DNA from: Actinomycetota bacterium
GTDB lineage: Bacteria > Actinomycetota > Actinomycetes > S36-B12
Length of the DNA stretch: 39,817 nt
Assembly: GCA_029977425.1 (NCBI GenBank)
Contig: JAPOKX010000003.1
Span: 1-39,817, forward strand
Direction of reading: 5' to 3'
Shown here: positions 29,198 to 38,779 of the stretch, piece by piece
How the letters are laid out: every line of letters begins with the position of its first letter
Numbering within the stretch: the stretch's first letter is position 1
Position numbers and translations under genes: made by a program
Notes under the pieces: generated by a model
Databases searched by the model: none
What the model saw: the letters and a program-made list of their open reading frames with translations, nothing else
Told to the model about the DNA's origin: nothing

Positions 29198-29386
29198 GTG
29201 GCTGCCACCTGTGACGTCTGCGGCAAGGGCCCGGGCTTCGGCAACAGCATCTCGCACTCGCACCGACGGACGTCACGGCGCTGGAACCCCAACATCCAGT
29301 CGGTCCGCGCGATGATCGGCCGCACTCCCAAGCGCCTGAATGTCTGCACCTCCTGCCTCAAGGCAGGCAAGGTCACCCGCGCCTAG
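29198..29386 (+). CDS. rpmB: 50S ribosomal protein L28 (zinc-binding form)
   Basis: (M)[33 protein letters not shown]...[10 protein letters not shown]; GAGGAG SD. Confidence 0.97.
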   Translation: MAATCDVCGKGPGFGNSISHSHRRTSRRWNPNIQSVRAMIGRTPKRLNVCTSCLKAGKVTRA

Positions 29387-29404
29387 GCGCCTGCAGAGCC
29401 GCGC

Positions 29405-30367
29405 CTACGCGCGGAAGTGCTCGAACCCCGTCACCTGATCGACCTCATGCCCGTCGACGCGCACGCGCGCGCCTGACCCCACCGCGTCCAGGACCGTGCC
29501 GACGGCGACGAAGCCCTCGGGAAGCCGCGAGCCGGGCGGGAAGGTCGCCAGCAGCGCGTGGTCGTCTCCGCCGCCGAGGATCCACGTGAGCGGATCGAGG
29601 TTGTACGCCGATGCCGTCGTGACGACGGCCTCGTCCCGCGGCAGCGCCTCGCTCTGAATGTCGATCGCCACTCCCGAGGCACGCGCCATCCGATCGGCAT
29701 CCAGCAGGAGTCCGTCGCTCACGTCCATGAGCGCATGCGCACCCGCATCGGAGGCCCGCACGCCCGCCGGATAGTCCGGCAGCGGACGGCGATGCGCATC
29801 CACCAGCGCCCGCGGGGAGCGGAATCCGCGCGAGAGCACGGCAAGGCCTCCCGCAGCGCTGCCGAGAGTGCCGCATACCGCGACGACATCGCCCGCCTCG
29901 GCACCCGACCTCAGGATGGGCGCTCGACCTCCGAGGTCTCCGAAGGCCGTCACGCCGATGGTGATCGCATCGCCCCGAACGAGATCGCCACCCGCGAGGA
30001 CCGCTCCCGCGCGCCCTGCTTCCTCCAGGAGCCCCGCGAGGAAGCCATCGACCCACGCGATCTCCGTCTCGGGCGGGAGGGCAAGGGCCACGACGAGAGC
30101 GGTCGGCTTCGCTCCCATGGCCGCGACATCGGCGAGATTCTCGGCAGCGGCCTTGTGCCCGATGTCGGCGGCCTCCGACCAATCGCGCCGGAAATGGCGG
30201 CCCTCGACCAGCATGTCGGTCGTCACCACCAGGCGTCCGTCGGCACAGGCGAGGACGGCAGCGTCATCACCCGGCCCCACGGGCACTCCGGGCAACGGGC
30301 CCACCGCCCCGAGGATGCGCTCGACGATCGCGATCTCGCCGAGGTCTCCCACCGTCTGTGCCGCCAC
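29405..30367 (-). CDS. thiL: Thiamine-phosphate kinase
   Basis: GPGDDAAV, TTDMLVEGRHF, NLADVAAMG, GGDL, MDVSDGL, GGDDHALL. Confidence 0.95.
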   Translation of the reverse strand: MAAQTVGDLGEIAIVERILGAVGPLPGVPVGPGDDAAVLACADGRLVVTTDMLVEGRHFRRDWSEAADIGHKAAAENLADVAAMGAKPTALVVALALPPETEIAWVDGFLAGLLEEAGRAGAVLAGGDLVRGDAITIGVTAFGDLGGRAPILRSGAEAGDVVAVCGTLGSAAGGLAVLSRGFRSPRALVDAHRRPLPDYPAGVRASDAGAHALMDVSDGLLLDADRMARASGVAIDIQSEALPRDEAVVTTASAYNLDPLTWILGGGDDHALLATFPPGSRLPEGFVAVGTVLDAVGSGARVRVDGHEVDQVTGFEHFRA

Positions 30368-30462
30368 GCTGCCTCCTGCCTGCCGATCGCGCCGACGCGC
30401 GATTCCCCCATCCGCCCCCGGTCGCTAGTCTGCCGGGACAGGCAAGGGACCCGGGAGGGGAC

Positions 30463-30699
30463 ATGAGCGTCCAGGCATACGTACTGGTCCAGACCGAGGT
30501 CGGTGCCACCGTCGGGGTCCGCTCGGCGATCGCGGCGATCCCGGGAGTGATCTCCGCCGAGGACGTCACCGGCCCCTACGACATCATCGTGCGCGCCGAG
30601 GCACCCGGGATCGACGAACTCGGCCGCGAGGTCCTCAGCGCCATCCAGCAGGTCGGGGGCATCACGCGCACCCTCACGTGCCCCGTCGTGCACCTCTGA
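30463..30699 (+). CDS. Stand-alone Lrp/AsnC ligand-binding (RAM) domain protein
   Basis: 78 aa: MSVQAYVLVQTEVG...VTGPYDIIV...GITRTLTCPVVHL; GGAGGGG SD; no HTH domain. Confidence 0.88.
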   Translation: MSVQAYVLVQTEVGATVGVRSAIAAIPGVISAEDVTGPYDIIVRAEAPGIDELGREVLSAIQQVGGITRTLTCPVVHL

Positions 30700-30712
30700 G
30701 GCCGCCCTACCC

Positions 30713-31153
30713 ATGCCCTCGCGCACGTCCCTCGCCGTCGCCGCGGCCGTTGCGGTGGTCGCTCTCGTCTCAGGCTGCGGCCGGCAGGTGGCCGTGCCCC
30801 CACCCGATGCGCGGGCTCCCGTCTGCGATCAGGTGTCGATCCCGGCGACGGTCTCCGGCGCGGGACTGCGCCCCACCACCGAGCCCGGCACGGCGGCGTG
30901 GGGCGAGCCTCCGATCACCTACCGGTGCGGAGTGGTTCGACCTGCCGCCCTGGCACCGACGTCCAAGCTCCTCGATGTCGGCGGCATCGGATGGCTGCCG
31001 ATCGAGGGCGCGGGCGGCACCGGCTTCTTCGCCGTCACGTGGCCGACGGAGAGTGAGCCGGTCTACGTCGAAGTGCTCGTGCCCGACGAGTACGCCGCTC
31101 CGGCGGACGTGCTCATCGACATCTCCGCAGCGCTGGCCTCCGCCGGCGACTAG
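30713..31153 (+). CDS. DUF3515-like lipoprotein
   Basis: Signal peptide with lipobox LVSGC; AAWGEPPITYRCGV; YVEVLVP; usual position between ddl and the Lrp gene. Confidence 0.75.
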   Translation: MPSRTSLAVAAAVAVVALVSGCGRQVAVPPPDARAPVCDQVSIPATVSGAGLRPTTEPGTAAWGEPPITYRCGVVRPAALAPTSKLLDVGGIGWLPIEGAGGTGFFAVTWPTESEPVYVEVLVPDEYAAPADVLIDISAALASAGD

Positions 31154-31159
31154 GTCACC

Positions 31160-32263
31160 TCAGCGCAGGCCGGTGCCCCTCCTCAGCGCATCCGCGATGA
31201 GGAGGTCGAGCACCGTCGCATAGTCGATACCGCTGGCCGCGCACATGCGCGGGAAGAGCGAAATGGGCGTGAAGCCCGGCATGGTGTTGACCTCGTTGAC
31301 GAGGACCCCATCGGGACGGACGAAGAAGTCGACGCGCGCGAGGCCCTCGCAGTCCAGCGCCTCGAAGGCGGCGACCGCAAGACGCCGCACCTCCTCCTCG
31401 ACGTCTGCGGGCAGATCGGCGGGGACGACGAGTTCGGCGGCATCGTCGAGGTACTTCGCCTCGAAGTCGTAGAACTCGTGCGCGCCGCTCACGATGATCT
31501 CCGCGCAGCGCGTGGCACGCGGTGCCCCGGTCTCGTCCACGATGACCGCGCACTCGATCTCCCGCGCATCGGGGATGCCCGCCTCGATGATGAGGCGCGG
31601 GTCCCAGGACCGCGCCTCGGCGATCGCCGCATCGAGGCCTGCCGGATCGCTCACCTTGGTGATGCCCACGGAGGAGCCAGCCCGCGCCGGCTTCACGAAG
31701 ACGGGATACCCGAGTGAGTCCACACGTGCGCGCACGGAGGCCGCGTCCCTGTCCCACTGCGCCCCCGTGACCACGGCACTCGGCCCGACAGGCAGGCCGG
31801 CCGCGGCAAGCAGCGCCTTCATATGGCCCTTGTCCATCGCGGCGGCAGAGGCGAACACACCGGAGCCGACGTACGGAATGCCCGCCATCTCGAGAAGTCC
31901 CTGCACCGTGCCGTCCTCGCCCCAGGGGCCGTGAAGGACGGGGAAGACCACGTCCACGCCGCGGATGGCATCGGGGGCATTGACGCCGCCGACGGGCTCG
32001 GGCAGGAGGACTGCCGACTCCCCCGTGTCCGCGACCTCGGGCAACTGCCCCGGCGCGGCCGCGGCGATGGCGCCGGGATCGGCGTCGACGCGCATCCAAC
32101 GTCCGTCCGGGAGGATTCCCACCGCGGCGACGTCGTACCGCCCGCGATCGAGGGACCGCAGGACACCCGCCGCGCTCAGGCACGAGATGGCGTGCTCGCT
32201 GCTGCGGCCCCCGAAGAGGACGAGCACGCGCACGCGCCCCGCCGCCGAGTCGCCTGCCACCAC
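31160..32263 (-). CDS. ddl: D-alanine--D-alanine ligase
   Basis: FGGRSSEHAIS, LHGPWGEDG, VKPARAGSSVG, FYDFEAKY, NEVNTMPGFT. Start GTG 32263. Confidence 0.96.
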   Translation of the reverse strand: MVAGDSAAGRVRVLVLFGGRSSEHAISCLSAAGVLRSLDRGRYDVAAVGILPDGRWMRVDADPGAIAAAAPGQLPEVADTGESAVLLPEPVGGVNAPDAIRGVDVVFPVLHGPWGEDGTVQGLLEMAGIPYVGSGVFASAAAMDKGHMKALLAAAGLPVGPSAVVTGAQWDRDAASVRARVDSLGYPVFVKPARAGSSVGITKVSDPAGLDAAIAEARSWDPRLIIEAGIPDAREIECAVIVDETGAPRATRCAEIIVSGAHEFYDFEAKYLDDAAELVVPADLPADVEEEVRRLAVAAFEALDCEGLARVDFFVRPDGVLVNEVNTMPGFTPISLFPRMCAASGIDYATVLDLLIADALRRGTGLR

Positions 32264-32306
32264 GCCCGAGACGTTAGTGCCCGGGCCGCGCGTTAGGGTC
32301 GGCGCC
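32264..32306. promoter_or_regulatory. Back-to-back leaderless promoters of ddl and the metB-like gene
   Basis: TAACGT (-, 32276-32271) lies 7 nt before GTG 32263. TAGGGT (+, 32294-32299) lies 7 nt before ATG 32307. Confidence 0.6.
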
Positions 32307-33428
32307 ATGCCGGAGCAGCCCGAGACCGCCTGGTCGATCGACACGCAGCTGGTCCACGCCGGGCGTCCGCCCGCCGAGCCGGGCAATCCGGTCAACTACC
32401 CCATCGAACTGTCGTCCACGTATCACGCGGGTGGCGAGGTGGAGTACGCGCGCGACGGCACCCTCGGAATGCGCTCGCTCGAGGAGGCGATGGGTCCGCT
32501 GGAGGGTGGCGAGGCGATTGCCTTCGCCTCGGGCATGGCAGCCGCCAACGCGATCATGGACCTCCTACCGCAGGGTGCCATCGTCGTCGCCGCGGAGTTC
32601 ACCTACACGGGCGTGGCCCTGCGCCTGCGCGAACTCGACGAGCGCGGCGCGATCAGCCTGCGTCGCGTCGACATCGCGGACACGGAGGCCGTCATCGCGG
32701 CCCTTCAGGGCGCGGACGCCGTGTGGGTGGAGTCGCCCACCAATCCCATGATGGAGATCGCGGACATCCCCGCGATCAGCGAGGCGGCGCACGCGGTCGG
32801 TGCGGTCGTGGTCTGCGACAACACCTTCGCGACCCCCCTCGGCCAGCGCCCGCTGCAGATGGGCGCCGATGTCGTGCTCCACAGCGCGACGAAGGCGATC
32901 GGCGGGCACTCCGACTGCCTGCTGGGCATCGTGGTCACGGCCGATCCCGACCGGGCGGATGCCCTGCGCGTGCGCCGCACGCTGCTCGGCGCAGCCCCGG
33001 GCGCACTTGAGTGCTATCTCGTGCTGCGGGGCCTGCGCACCCTGGCCCTGCGACGCGCCCGCTCGCAGGCAAGTGCCCAGGTGATCGCCGAGCGCCTGGC
33101 CGCGCACCCTGCCGTCGCCCGCGTCCGCTATCCCGGCCTGCCTGGCGATCCGGGCCGCGAGCGAGCCGCGCGACTCATGACGGGTCCCGGCTTCATGATG
33201 GCCATCGAGATCGCCGGCGATGCCGCCGCGGCACAGACGGTCGCGGAGTCCGTGCGCCTGTGGGTGCATGCGACGAGCCTCGGCGGGGTCGAGTCGCTCA
33301 TCGAGCGGCGCAGGCGCTGGCCGGCGGAGAACCCTCGCGTGCCCGAGGCGCTCCTGCGCCTCTCGGTCGGCATAGAGGATCCCGAGGATCTCTGGACCGA
33401 CCTGGCGGGCGCCCTGGCTCGCGTGTGA
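32307..33428 (+). CDS. PLP-dependent trans-sulfuration enzyme (cystathionine gamma-synthase/lyase family)
   Basis: FASGMAA, WVESPTNP, DNTFATP, HSATKAIGGHSD (PLP Lys), ATSLGGVESL, RLSVGIED. Confidence 0.9.
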   Translation: MPEQPETAWSIDTQLVHAGRPPAEPGNPVNYPIELSSTYHAGGEVEYARDGTLGMRSLEEAMGPLEGGEAIAFASGMAAANAIMDLLPQGAIVVAAEFTYTGVALRLRELDERGAISLRRVDIADTEAVIAALQGADAVWVESPTNPMMEIADIPAISEAAHAVGAVVVCDNTFATPLGQRPLQMGADVVLHSATKAIGGHSDCLLGIVVTADPDRADALRVRRTLLGAAPGALECYLVLRGLRTLALRRARSQASAQVIAERLAAHPAVARVRYPGLPGDPGRERAARLMTGPGFMMAIEIAGDAAAAQTVAESVRLWVHATSLGGVESLIERRRRWPAENPRVPEALLRLSVGIEDPEDLWTDLAGALARV

Positions 33429-33445
33429 CTCCCTGCGCGTGACGG

Positions 33446-34453
33446 CTAGCCCAGGCGCGTCTCGGGCTTGGGCGAGCGCGACATGAAGGCCGCGAGCATC
33501 TCCTGCGGCTTCATGCCGTGGTGGACGACTTGTACGACCTGCTCGGTGATGGGCATCTCCACGCCGTGGCGCGTGGCGAGGTCGAGGATCGACTGACAGC
33601 TCTTGACCCCTTCGCAGGTCTGCTTCGTCGCCGAGATGGTCTCGTCCACGGTGAGGCCCGAGCCCAGGTTGACGCCGAAGGTGCGATTGCGCGAGAGCGG
33701 GGACTGGCAGGTGGCGATGAGGTCGCCCACTCCGGCGAGGCCCATGAAGGTGAGGGGGTCGGCGCCCAGCGCCGTGCCGAGTCGCGCCATCTCGGCGAGC
33801 CCTCGGGTGATGAGGGACGCCTGCGAGTTCTCGCCGAAGCCCAGGCCCGAGGCCATGCCGTTGGCGAGGGCGATGACGTTCTTGACCGAGCCGCCGATCT
33901 CGACGCCGACGACGTCGGTGGTCCAGTACGCGCGGAAGTAGTCGGTGGTGCAGGCATCCTGCAGGCGCTGCGCGCTGTCGCGATCTGAGCAGGCCACCGT
34001 CGTGCCGGCGGGCTGACGCAGGGCGATCTCGCGTGCGAGATTGGGGCCCGAAACGACCGCGACGCGCGCGGAGGGCACCTGCGCCACGTCCTCGATGACC
34101 TGGCTCATGCGCAGCGTCGTGCCGATCTCGATGCCCTTCATCAGGCTGACGAGGACGCTGCCGGGCGCGAGGGTGTCGCGCCAGCGGGCGAGGTTGTCGC
34201 GCAGCGACTGGGCGGGCACGGCGAGCACGACGAGCGGCGCTCCCTCGAGGGCCTCGCGCTCATCAGCCGTGGCGCGCAGGCTCGCCGGCAGGCGAATGCC
34301 GGGGTGATAGCGCTCGTTGACATGCTCGTCGTTGATCTGGCGTGCGAGGTCCGCATCGCGACTCCACATCACGACATCGCCCCCTGCATCGGCGAGGATC
34401 ATCGCGAAGGCAGTCCCCCAGGACCCGGATCCCATGACGGCAACTCGACTCAT
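33446..34453 (-). CDS. gpsA: NAD(P)H-dependent glycerol-3-phosphate dehydrogenase
   Basis: GSGSWGTA, SGPNLA, KNVIA, GLAGVGDLIATC...SRN. Confidence 0.97.
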   Translation of the reverse strand: MSRVAVMGSGSWGTAFAMILADAGGDVVMWSRDADLARQINDEHVNERYHPGIRLPASLRATADEREALEGAPLVVLAVPAQSLRDNLARWRDTLAPGSVLVSLMKGIEIGTTLRMSQVIEDVAQVPSARVAVVSGPNLAREIALRQPAGTTVACSDRDSAQRLQDACTTDYFRAYWTTDVVGVEIGGSVKNVIALANGMASGLGFGENSQASLITRGLAEMARLGTALGADPLTFMGLAGVGDLIATCQSPLSRNRTFGVNLGSGLTVDETISATKQTCEGVKSCQSILDLATRHGVEMPITEQVVQVVHHGMKPQEMLAAFMSRSPKPETRLG

Positions 34454-35163
34454 GCGGCCTCACCCCTGTTCAGTTGTGCCTGGTCGTGACGGATCTCGCG
34501 CAGCAGTGCGGTGATGGCCGCCATGACGCGATCGGTCGCCTGACGCAGGGCCTCAGCATCCGGCTCGCCCTCCGCGCGCAGGTCATCGAGCTCCACCGGC
34601 GGACCGATGAGCACATGCATGGTCTTGCGCGGGAAGGCCTTGAATTCCTTGCGGTAGGGCCCCATGACCTCCTGTGCACCCCAGTGCGCCATCGGGATGA
34701 CCGGCACGCCGGCCGTGAGGGCGATGCGCGCTGCTCCGGTCTTGGCCGCCATCGGCCACAGGTCGGGATCCTTCGTGATGGTGCCCTCGGGGTAGACGAT
34801 GACGCACTCCCCTGCGGCCGCAGCGTCCACAGCAGCCTCGACGGCTGCAGCGGCGTCCCGGGTGCCGCGGACGACGGGGATCTGGCCCGCACTCCGCATC
34901 ACCCAGCCCACCACCGGCACCCGGAAGAGCGCGTCCTTGGCGAGGAAACGAGGCGGACGGCCGTTGTCCCAGAGGACATGCGAGATGACGATGGGATCGA
35001 ACCATGAGAGGTGATTGGCCGCGAGCACCATCCCGCTGTCGACGTCGAGGTGCTCAGTGCCGCGCCAGTCGCGGCGCGTGATGAACATCATGAAGGGCCT
35101 GAGGATGACGGCCGCCAGGCGATAGGCGAAGCCCAGTCGATCCTGCCTGGTCACCCGAGCCAC
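34450..35163 (-). CDS. Lysophospholipid (1-acyl-sn-glycerol-3-phosphate) acyltransferase, PlsC family
   Basis: NHLSWFD (HxxxxD), FLAK, YPEGT, KTGAAR. GTG 35163 has a GGAGGT SD; ATGA overlap with gpsA. Confidence 0.9.
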   Translation of the reverse strand: MARVTRQDRLGFAYRLAAVILRPFMMFITRRDWRGTEHLDVDSGMVLAANHLSWFDPIVISHVLWDNGRPPRFLAKDALFRVPVVGWVMRSAGQIPVVRGTRDAAAAVEAAVDAAAAGECVIVYPEGTITKDPDLWPMAAKTGAARIALTAGVPVIPMAHWGAQEVMGPYRKEFKAFPRKTMHVLIGPPVELDDLRAEGEPDAEALRQATDRVMAAITALLREIRHDQAQLNRGEAA

Positions 35164-35251
35164 GCCGCCCCACCTCCCATCGCGGAAGTCTCCCAGGACG
35201 GAGGCGCCCCTGTCATGGGGACGCGCATCGACGCCATGGCATGCTCGCGTG

Positions 35252-35869
35252 GTGGACGCAGCCTGGCGCATCGTCATCCCCCTGCGCCTGAGCGACGCGA
35301 AATCCCGACTCTCGAGCCAGACCGCGTCGAGGCGCCGTGAGCTCGTCGTGGCCATGGCACTGGACGTGGCGACGGCCGCTGCGAGCTGCCCGGGCGTCGA
35401 CGACATCGTCCTGGTGGCGGATCGGGCGGGGATCGAAGCAGTCGAGGCCTCGGGAATGGGCGGCATCCGCATGCTCGAGGATGCGGGCGGAGGGCTGAAC
35501 GCCGCGATCCTTGCCGGTGCTGCCGACGCATCCGGGCCCGTGGCCGCGCTCCTCGCCGACGTGCCCTGCGCCACCCCGGAGGCGCTTGCGCTCGCGCTGA
35601 CCACCTGCACGGAGGGCCCTGCCTTCGTGAGCGATGCCGAGGGCATCGGCACGACGCTCCTCGGCGCGCCTCGTGCGACGGATCTGCACCCCCGCTTCGG
35701 TCCTCGTTCGCGGGCCGCGCACGTGGCCGCGGGCGCCCGGGACATCGCCGATCCCGCACCCGGAGCCCTCGCCGGCCTGCGCCGCGATGTCGACAGCGAA
35801 GTCGACCTCTGGGATGCCCGGAGGATCGGCCTCGGGGCCTTCACTCGGGCCGTCGTCGCGCGCACCTGA
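35252..35869 (+). CDS. cofC: F420-biosynthesis guanylyltransferase CofC/FbiD
   Basis: AKSRLS, GGLNAAI, LLADVP, DAEGIGTT, FGPRSRAAH, LRRDVD. Start GTG 35252 or 35249. Confidence 0.9.
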   Translation: MDAAWRIVIPLRLSDAKSRLSSQTASRRRELVVAMALDVATAAASCPGVDDIVLVADRAGIEAVEASGMGGIRMLEDAGGGLNAAILAGAADASGPVAALLADVPCATPEALALALTTCTEGPAFVSDAEGIGTTLLGAPRATDLHPRFGPRSRAAHVAAGARDIADPAPGALAGLRRDVDSEVDLWDARRIGLGAFTRAVVART

Positions 35870-35886
35870 CGGCGACCTCGCAGACA

Positions 35887-35919
35887 GAAGCGGGGCCGGG
35901 CAATGCCCGACCCCGCTTC
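35887..35919. terminator. Probable bidirectional intrinsic terminator between convergent cofC and hup
   Basis: GAAGCGGGGCCGGGC-AAT-GCCCGACCCCGCTTC: a 15-bp stem with one position that pairs G-U on the - strand. Confidence 0.75.
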
Positions 35920-35933
35920 CGTGACAGCTGGTT

Positions 35934-36368
35934 CTACTTCTTCTTCGCGGCCTTCTTGGCGGGAGCCTTCTTGGCCGGGGCCTTCTTGGCGGGAGCCTTC
36001 TTGGCCGGGGCCTTCTTGGCCGGGGCCTTCTTGGCGGGAGCCTTCTTAGCCGGAGCCTTCTTGGCAGCCTTCTTGGCCGGGGCAGCCTTCTTGGCGCCCG
36101 ACACGACAGCCTTGAACTCCGCACCCGGGCGGAACTTCGGAAGCTTGGTGGCCTTGATCTGCACGGTCTCACCCGTCTGCGGGTTGCGACCGGTGCGCGC
36201 CTTGCGATCGTGGCGCTGGAAGACGCCGAAGCCGGCGAGGGCGACCTTCTCGCCGCGCGCGACGGCGCGCTTCAGCTCGTCGAGGGCCGCCTCGATGACG
36301 TTGCTGACATCGCGCTTGCTGTGCCCGAGCTGCGTGGACACCGAGTCGATGAGTTCCTGCTTGTTCAC
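35934..36368 (-). CDS. hup: HU family nucleoid protein with histone-H1-like Lys/Ala/Pro tail (HupB/HupS/Hlp type)
   Basis: MNKQELI...GFGVF...[13 protein letters not shown]...PKFRPG followed by a KKAPA tail. Confidence 0.95.
   Translation of the reverse strand: MNKQELIDSVSTQLGHSKRDVSNVIEAALDELKRAVARGEKVALAGFGVFQRHDRKARTGRNPQTGETVQIKATKLPKFRPGAEFKAVVSGAKKAAPAKKAAKKAPAKKAPAKKAPAKKAPAKKAPAKKAPAKKAPAKKAAKKK
35958..36062. repeat. Seven tandem 15-bp repeats encoding KKAPA
   Basis: Units such as ggcgggagccttctt and ggccggggccttctt. Confidence 0.9.
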
Positions 36369-36499
36369 TTAAGTCCCCTCCGGAGGGAAGTCGGACCGAT
36401 CCTCGGATCGGTAGGCCGGTCCCGCGACCGGCGACATGCATCACCCTAGTACGGCAAGCGATTTCCGCCATCGGCGGGCTGGCGCGGGTCGTTCCGAGC

Positions 36500-37090
36500 T
36501 CAGCCGATCGTCGTCGGGGAGTAGGCCGGCCGCGACGACTCGAACGTCGCGATGGCGTCCTCCTTCTGGAGGGTGATCCCGATGTCGTCGAGGCCCTGGA
36601 GCAGTCGCCAGCGCACATAGGGATCGACGTCGAAGGACGCGACGAGGTCACCCGCGCTCACCGTCTGCGCCTCGAGATCGACCGTGACCGCGGTCGTGGG
36701 ATCGGCCTCGATGAGCGCCCACAGTCGCTCCACGGTCTCCTGGTCGACGAGAGCCGTGAGGAGTCCGGCCTTGCCGGAGTTGCCGCGGAAGATGTCGGCG
36801 AAGCGCGATGAGATCACGACTGTGAAGCCATAGTCCTGCAGGGCCCACACGGCGTGCTCGCGCGAGGAGCCCGTGCCGAAGTCCGGGCCGGCCACGAGCA
36901 CCGACACACCGGCGTACTCCGGCTGATTGAGCACGAAGTCGGGATCGCTGCGCCAGGCGCTGAAGAGTCCGTCCTCGAACCCGTGGCGGGTGATCCGCTT
37001 GAGGTACTCCGCGGGGATGATCTGGTCGGTGTCGACATTGCTGCGGCGCAGCGGAGCCGCGGTGCCGGTGTGGACGGTGAAGGCTTCCAT
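36500..37090 (-). CDS. leuD: 3-isopropylmalate dehydratase small subunit
   Basis: [32 protein letters not shown]. Confidence 0.97.
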   Translation of the reverse strand: MEAFTVHTGTAAPLRRSNVDTDQIIPAEYLKRITRHGFEDGLFSAWRSDPDFVLNQPEYAGVSVLVAGPDFGTGSSREHAVWALQDYGFTVVISSRFADIFRGNSGKAGLLTALVDQETVERLWALIEADPTTAVTVDLEAQTVSAGDLVASFDVDPYVRWRLLQGLDDIGITLQKEDAIATFESSRPAYSPTTIG

Positions 37091-37102
37091 GGGACTCCCT
37101 AC

Positions 37103-38503
37103 TCAGGCCAGGTCGGCAGGCGAGGCGAAGTGGCCGGTGACAGCCGTCGCGGCGGCTACCTGCGGGGACACCAGATGGGTGCGGCCACCCGGACCCTGGC
37201 GTCCTTCGAAGTTGCGGTTGGAGGTCGAGGCGCTGCGCTCCCCCGGCGTGAGCTTGTCGGGGTTCATTGCCAGGCACATGGAGCAGCCGGCCTCGCGCCA
37301 CTCCGCACCGGCGTCGATGAACACTCGGTCCAGGCCCTCCGATATCGCCTGGAGGCGCACCTTGACCGAGCCGGGAACGACGAGCATGCGCACGCCGTCG
37401 GCGACCTTGCGCCCCTCGAGGATCGAGGCTGCTGCGCGCAGGTCCTCGATGCGTCCGTTGGTGCACGACCCCACGAAGACGGTGTCGACGGGGATCTCGC
37501 GGATCGGCGTCCCAGGCGTGAGAGCCATGTATTCCAAGGCACGCTCGATGGCGACGCGCTCGACCTCGTCGGCGGCATCGTCCGGAGACGGCACGACGCC
37601 TGCGAGCGGCACGCCCTGGCCGGGGTTGGTGCCCCAGGTGACGAAGGGGCTCAACTCACTCGCCTCGATGACGACCTCGGCATCGAATCGGGCATCCGCA
37701 TCGGTCCGCAGCGTCTTCCAGTAGGCAACGGCGGCATCCCAGTCGGCGCCCTGTGGCGCGTGCGGACGGCCCTGGAGGTAGTCGAAGGTGGTGTCGTCGG
37801 GGGCGACCATGCCCGCGCGAGCTCCCGCCTCGATCGACATGTTGCACAGGGTCATGCGGCCTTCCATCGACAGGCCTTCGACGCCCTCGCCGCGGTATTC
37901 GAGGACGTAGCCCTGGCCACCGCCTGTGCCGATTTGCGCGATGACGGCGAGGATGAGGTCCTTGGCCGTGACGCCCTCAGGCAGCGGGCCGTTGATGGTG
38001 ATCGCCATGGTCTTGAAGGGCTTGAGCGGCAGCGTCTGCGTGGCGAGGACATGCTCGACCTCACTCGTGCCGATGCCGAAGGCCAGAGCGCCGAAGGCGC
38101 CGTGGGTCGACGTGTGCGAGTCCCCGCAGACGACCGTCATGCCCGGCTGGGTGAGGCCGAGCTGCGGGCCCACGACGTGGACGATGCCCTGATCCTCGCT
38201 GCCAAGCGGGAAGAGCGGCACTCCGAACTCTGCGCAGTTCTTGCGCAGTGCCTCGACCTGGGCGCGCGAGATGGGGTCGGCGATGGGCTTGTCGATGTCG
38301 ATCGTGGGGACGTTGTGGTCTTCGGTCGCGAGGGTGAGATCGGGGCGGCGTACAACGCGTCCCGCTGAGCGCAGTGCGTCGAAGGCCTGCGGACTCGTGA
38401 CCTCGTGCACGAGGTGGAGGTCGATGTAGAGCAGGTCGGGCTCACCGTCCGCACGGCTCACCACGTGCGCTTCCCAGACCTTCTCCGCCAGCGTCTTGCC
38501 CAT
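37103..38503 (-). CDS. leuC: 3-isopropylmalate dehydratase large subunit
   Basis: [58 protein letters not shown] precedes ATG 38503. Confidence 0.98.
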   Translation of the reverse strand: MGKTLAEKVWEAHVVSRADGEPDLLYIDLHLVHEVTSPQAFDALRSAGRVVRRPDLTLATEDHNVPTIDIDKPIADPISRAQVEALRKNCAEFGVPLFPLGSEDQGIVHVVGPQLGLTQPGMTVVCGDSHTSTHGAFGALAFGIGTSEVEHVLATQTLPLKPFKTMAITINGPLPEGVTAKDLILAVIAQIGTGGGQGYVLEYRGEGVEGLSMEGRMTLCNMSIEAGARAGMVAPDDTTFDYLQGRPHAPQGADWDAAVAYWKTLRTDADARFDAEVVIEASELSPFVTWGTNPGQGVPLAGVVPSPDDAADEVERVAIERALEYMALTPGTPIREIPVDTVFVGSCTNGRIEDLRAAASILEGRKVADGVRMLVVPGSVKVRLQAISEGLDRVFIDAGAEWREAGCSMCLAMNPDKLTPGERSASTSNRNFEGRQGPGGRTHLVSPQVAAATAVTGHFASPADLA

Positions 38504-38540
38504 GTCCACTCCTTAGGGGGTGAAGCAAGGGTAACGACGC

Positions 38541-38578
38541 AAAAGGAAAGGCCCGATCCCGGGATGGGATCGGGCCTT
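38541..38578 (-). terminator. Intrinsic terminator after the tRNA pair
   Basis: 13-bp perfect stem AAGGCCCGATCCC / GGGATCGGGCCTT with a 5-nt loop, followed on the - strand by TCCTTTT. Confidence 0.85.
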
Positions 38579-38604
38579 CCTGCGAGACATCGGTCTCGCT
38601 CGCG

Positions 38605-38677
38605 TAGCCCCGACGGGATTCGAACCCGCGCTACCGCCTTGAGAGGGCGGCGTGCTAGGCCGCTACACAACGGGGCC
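38605..38677 (-). tRNA. tRNA-Glu (anticodon CTC)
   Basis: GGCCCCG acceptor arm, anticodon arm CCGCC-CTCTCAA-GGCGG, T-loop GGTTCGAATCC; CCA not encoded. Confidence 0.96.
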
Positions 38678-38707
38678 GTGCGGCACGTGAGAGAGCACGT
38701 GCACTCG

Positions 38708-38779
38708 CTGGGGTACCAGGACTCGAACCTAGACTAACTGAACCAGAATCAGTTGGGCTGCCAATTACCCCATACCCCA
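38708..38779 (-). tRNA. tRNA-Gln (anticodon CTG)
   Basis: TGGGGTA/TACCCCA acceptor stem, anticodon arm ACTGA-TTCTGGT-TCAGT, T-loop GGTTCGAGTCC; CCA not encoded. -10-like TACACT at 38821-38816. Confidence 0.96.

Noticed and set aside
35937-36092. Regular short repeats suggestive of a CRISPR array
   Set aside because: They are contiguous in-frame 15-bp coding repeats (KKAPA) without spacers, a known feature of actinobacterial HU proteins.
38504-38779. tRNA genes as an island integration site
   Set aside because: No duplicated tRNA 3' end, integrase or foreign DNA; leuC follows directly.
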